From Ruditapes philippinarum (taxonomy: Eukaryota): 64,000 bases of DNA. Positions 1-12,100 of this stretch are shown here, one piece after another. The first letter of the stretch is position 1, and each line of letters opens with the position of its first letter. The notes under the pieces are model-generated. The model had not been told where the DNA came from. It was given only the letters and a program-made list of their open reading frames with translations, and did no database searches. Location of the stretch: positions 124,001 through 188,000 of the forward strand of contig NW_026856887.1 of the NCBI RefSeq assembly GCF_026571515.1. Reading direction: 5' to 3'. The position numbers and the translations under genes were made by a program.

Positions 1-26
1 GCAAAATAATTCATTGAAACACTCAC

Positions 27-180
27 TTGTCCGTTCTCAAACTTGGTTCTACACACTGCAGCTAAGGGATCACATCCACTGCCAACAGGAACTTTGTTTA
101 ACGGTTGACAGATATTGATGTAATATTTCCTGTTTGAGCTATCATCAATAGCCCAGTTGTTGCCGTCCGTCAACGTCAGA
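27..180 (-). CDS. IGF2R: IGF2R-like exon 15
   Basis: attatag|[51 protein letters not shown]|gtgagt. Confidence 0.92.
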
Positions 181-3100
181 CTATAATAAATATATGTTAA
201 ATTGTGTACTGTAACCCAATTCATATTCGCGAATACAAATTTTCGCGTTTTGCCGAGGTCGGACATATTCGCGAATATTAATTTCCGCGTTTTCTTGATT
301 TCCAAATAAAAAATATTCGCGTATTGGAAAGTCCGATGGGACCGTAAAATCCATTAGCCGACTATAAATCTTCAATAATTGAGGTCATTATTGGTGTCTT
401 AAATGGGATTAACAATACGCTAGCCTTATGTTGTATTGGTAAGTGAATTGTGATCACAATTCAGCAAAACATTTTCTCTATATATGTACATGTACGCATC
501 GTTCGTCTTCATCTCTAAACATGTCGTTAAAAGGGTGGTTGATAAAAAATAAACCCTCAGAATGCAGGGATGTTTCGGCATCGTTTTTGCCTGATCATGA
601 TCTGGAGAGCACAACAGAAACGAAAAAAAATGATTAAAGCAGCAAACGAAGCTGTATTTGAAATGTTATCACCAAATCTCCAATCAGGTATCGAACCCAC
701 GCCGAGAAAATTATGTTATATGAGTCCGCAATCTAACCAACTGAGCTATACAGGCTGTTAAGTTTGACGGGTAAAAATCGATACTAGTATGAAACCATCT
801 CGTATTTCACTGTTTGTAATTATTAACACCCAATACCCTTTTGTGATGCTTGATAGGTTTATACCACCTTTGTCTGAACAATTCACTCAAACAATTATTT
901 TATAGGATCCAAAAAACAATAGCCTTTTGTGATGCTCGATAGTTTTCCCACTTTTGTCAAACGATTTATTCAAACATTTAAATATGAAGAAACTTAAAAC
1001 TGACACATGCTCCATATAGTACCCTATACAGAGCTTGATTGACAATAGGCCTACTAGTATTTCATAAATTGTATTAAAATGTGGATGTTTATTTTGATTG
1101 CTATATTGACATAGAGTTCTTTTGATATTTATGAAATAGTAGTAGTTTACTTAGTTTGTGTTTTTATTGCTTTATGGCAATATTCATAACAATTCATTAC
1201 TTCCTAACAGGTGCCCGTAAAATTCGAATATATCCGGTCAAGTAGCTTTGCATGAACAACGTCTAAAATAAAAAATTCTCTCCAATTTATTCGCGAAATC
1301 GTGCGGACTTATTCGCGCAAACAAATATTCGCGCTTCGTGGCCATCCGCGAATAAAGCGAATATTAATTGGTCGCGAATATTCGTTGGGTTACAGTATAT
1401 CTATATTTCTAGCAAGCTTCAAACAGATAGGGATGTCAAGTGCATTATTACATGATATTTGCACAGCATAAAAACATACTCATCATATGACATCAAGAAA
1501 ATTACTTCTCAGCTCAATGTAGATCAACATTTTTTCATCAATTCTTTTTTTATCAGCATGTTAGAATGGAAATAGATATGAATTTTTCATGCATTATGGT
1601 ATAATAATGCGCAGTTTTTCATTTAAATGCTTTGAAATTAATCACTCAGGCCTATCAGCCTTCATGATTATATTCCTACACATTTGAACTAGGACTGTGC
1701 ATTATTCTACAACAATGCATTCAGAATTGATATCTATTTCTACCTAGTAAAAAATTACTTTAAAAATTTAAAAACTGTACCATCAGGTTCCTTTAATTTT
1801 TTACAAGGCTATATTGGAAGAATGTTTAAGCATAAAGTGTCTCTGCTATGCAATTTTACTATATATGTATAAGGAAGCAAAATAAAACTTTTCCCAACAA
1901 AATTTTCAACTACTATTTTCAACAGTTTTAGCAAATAGCGCTGATTTTGTATGTGCACCTTTAAATAAATAGACTATTTACAAGGTTTATTCCTGTTAAT
2001 AGGATACTGCGGTGTGGTATTTATCACTTTATAGAGGAAAGATAACATAAGTATAAGTTTAATACTATATTATGCGAGCCTCTGGATTGTTTGAAGTGAA
2101 AAAGAACCATTTTTCAATAACGGGCCTATAGTGTAACTCTAACATTAAAGGGACTCCACTGAGGTTTTTTGACATGATGGGAATGGAAATATTTTTTCCA
2201 GATAAATGTACCATTTGATGTAGGTTTAGACCACTAATCTTTGTGCAAAATTTCAGATCATTCGCGCACTTCGTTTTTCCAGAATAATTATTCAAATAGT
2301 TAAAAAATTGCCCAAAATGAAAAGCGTTTAAACACTTTTCACTCAAATTGGGCTAAGAAAAGCATAAAAATCTGATTTTCAATTTATTTCAAAGTATATT
2401 TCTGAACTATCTTTGCATATATTTCTGTTTAATGTGCCTCTCTTTATGTGTGTCTTTACACATATTTTTGCTACCTATAACGCAAAAGACATCATGTCAA
2501 AATATATGCATGACTGTGCAATGCCATTTTTAAGGAGTCGCAAAGCAGCACAGGTATGTTATAAAGAAACATATTTTCTTCTGCAGATGGTCCATTATAA
2601 GGTTTAAATAAATAATTCATGGCATCAGCATTCATAAAGTAACAAACCTGGATAAATCGTATTGCTGATTTAACTTTTCATCTGCCGCAGTACACTGCAT
2701 TGCTTCAATAGGACATGCATAAGATGTTCGCCACTCAAACCCGTAGTAATGCTCTGATGCCAATTCAGCTAGGAACTGTGGCTGTCCTTTCCCGGCATCT
2801 TGGTCACAAATAAAGGCTATCTCAGACTTTCTTTTGGTATGGTTATCATCATTATATGGGGTGCCCCCAGAGTACGTCAAGTTGATCATTCCATCATAAT
2901 ACCGCAACACGGATGCCCACTGACCAGTAACATACGAGTCTCTATATACATGATCAATAAATAACACAACAGTTTAAAATGTTTCATCACATTTGTTTCA
3001 AGTCAAAACAATATCATCACCATCTAATGTTCATTTTAGAACTTATATTTTGAGCTCTAGTCTTCAGTCATCAGTAATTGAGGCTACCAGTGAGGAACAC

Positions 3101-6100
3101 TGATTTGAATATTTACAATAATTTAATATAATTGATGAAATGTAATTAAATCTCGTAACTAAGCATGAAATGAAAAGAAAATTTATATGTTTTTTTGTAA
3201 GATGTTATTTGATTTTATTTAATGAGCTTCAAAAACATTGTTTAGCGAGTATACAAATGCAATGCTCTCCCCATTGACCTAAGTGGACGAAAAAGGTTAA
3301 TGATTCTTTATATACAATACACTGCATGTAAAAAAAAAACAAATGTTTTTTTCGGCAATGTCATTCATTTCTTCCCATTTGTAATAACTTCCAAACAACA
3401 AAAAGAATTGCTTGAATGTGTTTTCAATTGTGACTCATGCAACTCAAACATATATCACAGAGAAGAAATATACTATGTCATTTACATACATAAAGAAAAC
3501 AATGTATGATTGAAAGAGACATTAGAAGAATAATCATTTTTCTGGCCATAAAATAATATTCACTCACCCATTTCCGTCTTTTGGCACTTGACATATACCA
3601 ACATCTTTTATATCGCTATCTTTGCACTGGTCAGTCACTGGTCCACAAACATTCAGATAGTAGAAGTGGTCAGTATCAGTGGTAGAGCTCACTTTATATG
3701 ATGCACTTGTTGACGTCAGGGGTGTCAGATCAAAACTTAAACCTACAACATTCATATAAAATCACATGCAACAATATCAAAACTCAATAGATTCCAAAAA
3801 AAAATCAAAAAAATCTCATAATTAAAATCAGAATCAAATATTTGAAACAAAATCTGCTAGTGAAGATCAAAATCAAATATTTGGAAATAAAATCTATTAA
3901 TGAAGGACAAAATTAAATATTTTGAAATTAAATCTTCAATTAAGATCGAAATCAAATATTTTGAAATTAAATTTGCTAATGTAGATCAGAATCAAATATG
4001 TTTCATAGGTTTGTTCATAGTGGAACTGCTTTCAATATTTCAATGATTTGTTTGTAAGACAAGATGCTTCCATGAATACACTTATCAGTCAAATTCAAAA
4101 AAAAACTATTCTCAAATGTTAAAAAAATGGACTACATTAAAACTAAATTATTTTTTTCCATACTATTTATTTCAATAGATTATCATTTTATACATTTTTA
4201 GTTAATAAATATTTTTACAGGTCACATGACACAGTTTATACTTCTGTAAAATGCTTATATAAGACGAGCCACTAAAAACATGTTTATGTAATAACCAACC
4301 ATTCTTATATGACTGTAATATATGTCTGCATTATAAAATACCAGCAACAGTGCGATATTTGTTTCAAATATTTAAAACAAATATTGCACTAGTGATGCAG
4401 ACATAAATTATGGATAATATAAACATTTCAGATTGCCCAATGTGAACTGAACTAGAAAAACATGCAATATGATTCATATATTACTAACCATCAGCGTTAA
4501 TTTTACAATCTGTCCCAGTATAATGGCCTAGGGAACAAGCTTGAGCAGTTCTCCATTCAAACTCGTAGAAACATTGGTCATCTGACACCTGTATCAAAAC
4601 TGGAGCACTATCACCATCTCCTGTAAATACATAATGAAATTGTGAGACTTATAACTATGTTTGTCAATGAATTCATTTGTCAAAGAAATCAAGTCATAAC
4701 CATTGCCTTCGCATTAATACAACACTAAATAGTAGGAACAGCAGTAGATTTTCTTGGCTATACAATGTTTCATGCTCCAGTTCTAGCCTATGTAGTTTTG
4801 AAGAAAAAGATTTTTACTATATGTATATACAATGTACTTGTACATATAAGGAAAACACATTTACTCTAGGGTGGGCCCAGTTTTGACCTCAAGGCTATAA
4901 TTTGAACAATCTTGGTAGAGGTCCATCAGACAATACCTTATGCAAAATATCTATGCTCTAGGCATTTTGGTTCTAGTTTTTTGTTGGTTTTTCTTTCTCC
5001 ATTATTCCTTTCGGTTGCCATAGCAACCAGATCTCTTCATGGAATCAAATTCTTTGGAAGTCCTTTACCCAAGGAACAATCCTAGCATTTTTGGTTTAAA
5101 TAGGACTCTAGTTTTTTAGAAGTAGATTTTTTTAGTCCACTTTATAATCTATATAACAGACAAACAAAGTTACATACATACATACAAACATACATGATTC
5201 GCTATATGCCACATCATAACAGATGCTGCAGTGGCCTAAAGAAATAAGATCAAACAACTTGTTTAAAAACTTACCAGGTTTACATATAAATGTAATGTTA
5301 GAAGATATCTTGGTTGTATATCCAGGACATATATCACCATTGGTATAACTTATCACCGTCCTGTTTGTTCTACTGTCTATTACAGGCTTGCTTTCGTAAC
5401 GTCCCAGGTTCTTGGTACTTAAACCCTCTAAAAAAACAACAAATAAATAAAATTTATATAACAGACAAACAGGACAAATCTTACAACACCTGATGATATT
5501 ATAACAAGAACTATCTCATATGATTAGTTATAAAATCTTTTACTTACTGTATAAGTGGTTAATTTTGCAACGTGGAAATATTTGCAATTTTTGCAAAATG
5601 AAATTATTAATTTTTCTCACTTCTTGTTTGTTTACGTTTGGTCTTAACAAATAACAAATATTTTTATGAAACAATATATGTGTTAATAACAAAAAAGGTT
5701 ACTCATGGTTTCTCATATAATAAAGGAATGTTTCAAAATATAACAAGAAATGTGTGATCAGGTCCTTTATCAAACTAACAATGTATAATTCAATCAATTA
5801 TATAAATAATAAAGGTATTAAACAACTGTTTAAAATGATGACAATAACAGCATATCCTTAATATATACCTGCTTAACCCTTTACCTCATGTATACGCGAA
5901 ACAACGCACTTTCGACCCCCCCCCACTTTTTTTAGGCCTGAAATAGTGAAAAAATGTCCTATTTGGGCCCCATACACATGTTTTAGTTTGGGAAATGTTG
6001 CTATAAAAAGTGAGCACTTTTTTCGGCGCCGCCCCCCCCCCCCCCACCCCCATCCAAAAGATACATCAGGGGTTGCCAGAAGGGGGATGTGCCCCCTTCT

Positions 6101-9100
6101 GTTTGGGGGTTTGAAGGGGGGCGGAGTCCCCCTCATCGCCAAGAAAATTTTAGACTTGTGAGAGGCTTAAAATGACCCCAGGTCAATCATAAGGTAACGT
6201 GTAACCCAGCTAAAAAAGCCTTTGACTCTATCTCAATCCATTGAGAAGTTGCAGCACTTTGAAATAAATTTTGATGGAAAAAATCGAGGCAAAATAGTGA
6301 TTTTAGGCAATTTTGAGATGTCCCCTTGTTGCCATGGTAACAGGAAATTTAAGACTGAGCATGTCGTAACACAGGCAATGGTCCAGTCAACATTTCTGCC
6401 AAGTTTCATTAGTATTGAAGCATTTTTTATAGTTTCATAGCAGTTTGAACTTGTAAGAGGAGGCTTTTCAGTGAAAATGGCCATTTTTCACAATATGCTC
6501 ATGGGGGAAAGGGTTAATTGATGATAACACAAAAACAGAATTAAATTCAAGAAATCATATTTTTGCAAATATTTCCGCAGGCAAAAAGTCCACTTATTGA
6601 CATTCACAACCTTTTTGTGACGCATAAATATCCACTTATACAGTATTACATGACCCAGTATTAGTTAATATAACCAGAGCTGCAAGGTGAGGGTTATACA
6701 TGTACATTGCAAACAACCATTTGTACATGGTTTTATAATTTGTGAAAAAGACAATACTTCATAACTGCTTTCTTAAAGGCCCATTAGGTTAAAAAATCTT
6801 TTTATTTTTTTCATTACATAAAAACCTATTTATTTTTGGTGTCTTGTAGCAGTTTTTAAAACAAAAATATTTTCAATATTATAGCTGAACCTTCTAAAAT
6901 TTTGCTGCATTTAATACATTTATAGTGATTTGGTTAGTTTGCATGGAAGTTTAGATTAAAAGTTGTAGTCATATCCGAGCTTTATGTGCCTTTAAAAAAA
7001 TCTATACACTTACTGGAAACTATGTCTATATGTGAAGTTAATATAAACAAGTCACAATTGTCCAACAAAAATCATCTAACCAATCAATGTGATACAAAAA
7101 TGCAGTATTATAATTCTACATATAATATATGCAACATAATTGATTAAACTGAAAATGGTCCTTTATACTAGCAGTTCTTTTATCGATAAGGGTTCAAATC
7201 ATTCAATAAAGGTGATTTGACCTTTTTTCAACCGGATTATTTCAAGACTATCAAAATACCTGTAATATTCTTTATATATAGTATGTAAGTGTATTCACTT
7301 TGTTAGGTTTGACTCACAGCTTTTTAGTGAAAGGTAACAAGTCGTGAACATTTAATACCAAGCCAAAGAGTCCCTTATCTGATCTGTGAAATACTTTTAG
7401 ACAAGTATAAACACCTGTAAGCATAGTTCAACCTTCTTTTTTTTTTTAGAATTAATCAAGAAATTACAGCTAATAATAGTAATTGAGCTCATCAATAAAT
7501 CTCAAATGTCTGTTATCTTAGAACATGTAGAAATATAAAAAAATAGACTTACCCCTGTAACAGATTGCTGCCCCGGGGTCACAACGGGATGCTTCACCTG
7601 TCTGTATGATGTTATGACATACATTAATAAAATATTGACCACGTCCAAACAGGTCATTCTGCTCATGTAAAGCCATCCAGTTTGTTCCTGAAATAGATAG
7701 AATGACGCCAGCTGATAAATTTTATACATAATTTACAGATATATATATTACGAACAATATGTCTCTCTAGTATGGATATTAACTATCGTTTTTGTTGATA
7801 CTAGTAAATCATTTATATATGATATTGGCACACTAAGCATTACATATTTCAAATAATTTTTTTTAAATAAAGTGCTGAGTATGCATGATAAAAGCAACAT
7901 GCATATCTACTAAATAGCCTTGTCTGCTACACATTATCTGGCCTAGATTGCAAAACATTATCTGGCCTAAAGTGCGGAACATTATCTGGCCTAAACTCTA
8001 AAACATTATCTGGCCCTAAAGTTCTACACATTATCTGGCCTAATCTACTTTGCTACACATTATCTTGCCTAGACTGCTACACATTACCTGCATAAGTCTG
8101 CTACACATTATCTACATTACTCTGCTACACATAGGTATTCAATAAAGTTACTGCAATATGTTGGAGGCCCCCTCATAAATTTTTACCAATATGACATGTA
8201 CTTGTGTCAAACAGATATTGAAAACTCATTCTAACATTCCTGTCAATTTTTCTCAATGTGTTGTATTTAGAAGATAGAAGACATTTTCCACACTGACCTG
8301 CTCTTCTAGAAAGTGGACCAAGATCGTATTTTTTGTCACCGACATCAACTCTGCATGAGCCTTCATTTGGATGATCCAAGCAAGCGTATTTGGTCGGCCA
8401 TGTGAACATATATATACAGTCATCCTCGTTCTCAAACACTGGACTTCCATCTCCTGAAATATTATATGAGCCGCGTCACAACAAAACCAACATAATGCAT
8501 TTGCGACCAGCATGGATCCAGACCAGCCTGCGCATCCGCGCAGTCTGATCAGGATCCATGCTGTTCGCTTACAAACCCTATTACAAGTAGGGAAACTGAT
8601 AGCAAACAGCATGGATCCTGATCAGACTGCGCGGATGCGCAGGCTGGTCTGGATCCATGCTGGTCGCAAGCGCTCTATGTTGGTTTTGTCATGGCACGGC
8701 TCAATTATATTATCATATATGTTACAAATGTATATTACCTTAAAGCAGCCTTCAGGTTTTTTGTTTTTGTTCCTATTTTCTGTCAGAAAAACAATTCTGC
8801 ATTTTTCAAACTAACTATTTCAGTAATTTGTTTTTCAGTAATTTGTATTTCAGTAATTTTAACTTTTGGAAAAAAGCATCATATCATTGTTAAGCTTTCT
8901 TCAAAACAGCGTCCCAACAGCCATTTATAACGCCTTAGTGATGTTTGTTTCTAAAACTAGAAGATTGGGAAACAAGAAGTCTGCTTTTCTTATTATAATA
9001 TAGAAAGGGTACTGGTAGATAAGAGGCATCAAGGTGTTTCCTTATTGTATTTGGATCTTATCAACAGCAAATTTCATATTTTAAATATTGAAATCCCTTA

Positions 9101-12100
9101 ATTTTTTAATGGACTGTTCCAAATTTAAAGTTAGGCTAATGCATTGCACAAATACTGAAGGTTAAGTGTTAACATTTAAAATATTTAATTTGATCAATAT
9201 CAAACAAATGTTTTACATTTTCAACACTGATTTTAAGACTTACAGTATAATGTGATTTTCATTGTAATAATACTAATGTTGAAAGAACTTAATTGGGCCC
9301 AACCCTTTTACTATTCATTATATTGAAAACCTGTTGTTTCTGTGTATATTAAAATATGATTTAATCAATATTTACCTGCAGTTTGGTTACAGACAAAGTT
9401 GATGACCGTCTGCCGCTGGAAGTTGTTATGATGACATTTCTCTCCTCCTTTGTAGGTCAAGGTCAACTTGCCGTCTGCATAGCTATTTTATGATAAAAGA
9501 GCTCTTAAACCATGTATATTTTATATATTTCTATTAGAATACAACTAAATTAATAAAAAAAATGTCATCTGAATTAATCAGTAAAATCTAATATAATCCA
9601 GAAACAAGAAGAAGAAAAAAAAAGAAACAACTCATTTTTTCTCTGCAATAATCAAGGTCATCTAGGTCATCTAACTGGATATACAATACAAGTTGTTTTT
9701 ATTCCAATGACTCATTCTCACATTTTTTTAGTAAAATTAAATTTCCTCCTGATTTATAAATGCTTGACCGACTTTTTCTGTACTTATACAACTGTTTTGC
9801 CGCTTATTAAAAGTCATGGAATAGAACATTTTTGAAGGTTAGTGATATTATACTATAAATTATTTTTACAACAGAAATAACAAGGGCTATCCATAAGAAA
9901 ACACACTAAATTATTTTCAGTGTATAATAGCTAACAATTATAACAGAATAATTCCCAAATTATAATAATAATAATTCTATCCAAGCTGTAACTGTAAAAG
10001 TTGGTTTGTATCTACATATTAGCTGGGAAAACACCAAAGTATTCTCCATTCCAGAGTAAGTCTATTATGATCTATAGACAAATGTGGAGTTTCAAGTAAG
10101 TACCTTCAATGACTGAAAATCAAACTTGAAATTTTTTTTAAAGAAGATTTAAAAAAAAAAATATTCTTGATTCAAGTAATAAATTTCATGTTGTAAATGA
10201 TTTATGACTGATTTTGCATATTATTCATCATATTTCTACTGGGTGATCAACACAGTATGGACAAATAGGCACATGTTGAACTCTTTTTTGGTAATCTGTG
10301 TGGATTTTAATTCCGTTTGCAATGTTTAAATTACTTTCTTTGTTAACACTACATTATTTTTTTAATATTCATTTTCAAAAATTTCATGAAAATTAGCAAG
10401 AATCTGGAGGCATGCTGCCTTAACCAAGGTTTATGCTAATCCTGAGCATGTATGATAGCCACATTTTACATAAAATAGCTTAAAACTATATATACAAAAT
10501 GGTCAAAACCTGCATTTTCAACACAGTAAATGTACATATAGTTCATATTTTCAGTTAATCTTATCCACAAATAAAAGTGGGATTTAAACAATGTAAAACA
10601 GATACAAACATATTTACCTTAACGTAGTGTGATCTGTGCTACCAAGAGCTCGTCCAAAGTCATCGTTGCCCTTGATAAGTTGGCACGAGGGAATCCTGTC
10701 CTCGTGTTCGGCATCCGGACAAGGAATGCCCACATCATCACATATATTCAGGAAAGCCTCATAAATGGTCCCTTTGCTACTGCTTGAATCCGGCCAGCTA
10801 ACTTTGTATGCATTTCCTTCAGAAATTTTAGAAACGAAAAACTTAATTCACATATAAACCATGAAACACATGATAAAAAGCTTTGGTTGTTTATTGTGTA
10901 ACCCCGACAACAAATTACTTTGACCTTTAAAGAAAGATTTCAAAGCAAACAAAACTACAATACAGTGAACTGGATTATAGAGAAATCATCTGGACCTTGA
11001 CATTTTGTACACGATATCCGAGGTCACTTTTAACTTATATAAGGGCTTAATACCTGTAATTAACTATCAATATATAGCAAACATAACTATAAAATGAAAA
11101 CCTTATTAAATGCATAACAATTTGAAATTTATTATCGCCATTCATTCGAAATATCAGTTTTACAATAGCAGAGTCAAAAATTGAATTTACACACTTATCA
11201 AATATTAATTATATACACATAGGTCTTTATGATATTTAAGACTTAATTCAAAATGCGTGTTATACCTTTTCCCTTATAAAGACGTGTTTTGACGGCCTTT
11301 TGTCCCCTCCCCCTTTTTGAGGCCTCAAACAGTGAAAAAATGCCTTATTTAGGCCCCAAACACTGTTCTTCGTTTGAGAAATGTTGTTAAAAAAAGTGAC
11401 CACTTTTTCTGTGCTGCCCTCTATCGAAATAATACATCAGGGGGTTGCCAGAAGGGGGATGTGCCCCCTCCTGTTTGGGGGGTTTGAAGGGGGGGGCCGA
11501 AGTCCCCCTCATCGCCAAGAAAATTTTGGACATGTGACAGACTAAAAATGGCTTCAGGTGGATCTTAGGGTAACTAGTAACCGACCTTGAAAAGCCTTTT
11601 ACTCTATCTCAATCCATTGGGAAGTTGCAGCACTTTGAAATCAGTTTTGCTAGAAAAAAACAATGCAAAATAGTGATTTTTGCTAATTTTGAATCATCCC
11701 CCATTGCCATGGTAACAGGAAATTTACAATTGAGCATGCTGTTACAGTGGCTATGGTCTAGTCAACATTTGTGCTAAGTTTCATCAATATTGAAGCATTT
11801 TTCATAGTTTCATAGCAGTTTGAACTTGTTACAGGGGGCTTCATTTTTCGCAAAATGCTCATGGGGTAAATGGTTAAATGCCAATGATCTGTTTTTAAGT
11901 AATACACTACTTCCCCTTTAGCTGTAATTCAAAATTTACCTCGAGTTCGTTTTAAAGGACGAAGGTCAATGTCAATATCAGCATCTTCCTTTGTAAGAAC
12001 ACAAGAGTTATTGTGAAGTTTAGCCTCAACACAGGCATATTCTGTTTCCCATTCTATAACATATTGGCAATTAAAGTCTTCAATGATCAATGGGTCTTTA

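Noticed and set aside
2146-2607. Kolobok-like element starting TTAAAGGGACTCC
   Set aside because: I could not identify a matching inverted terminus
5873-6484. Four short ORFs, including Pro/Gly-rich ones
   Set aside because: They lie within the TTAA MITE; the composition comes from C/G homopolymers; no transposase motifs
8253-8814. ORFs of 119 aa (-) and 100 aa (+)
   Set aside because: They run through the palindromic MITE and have no domain signal
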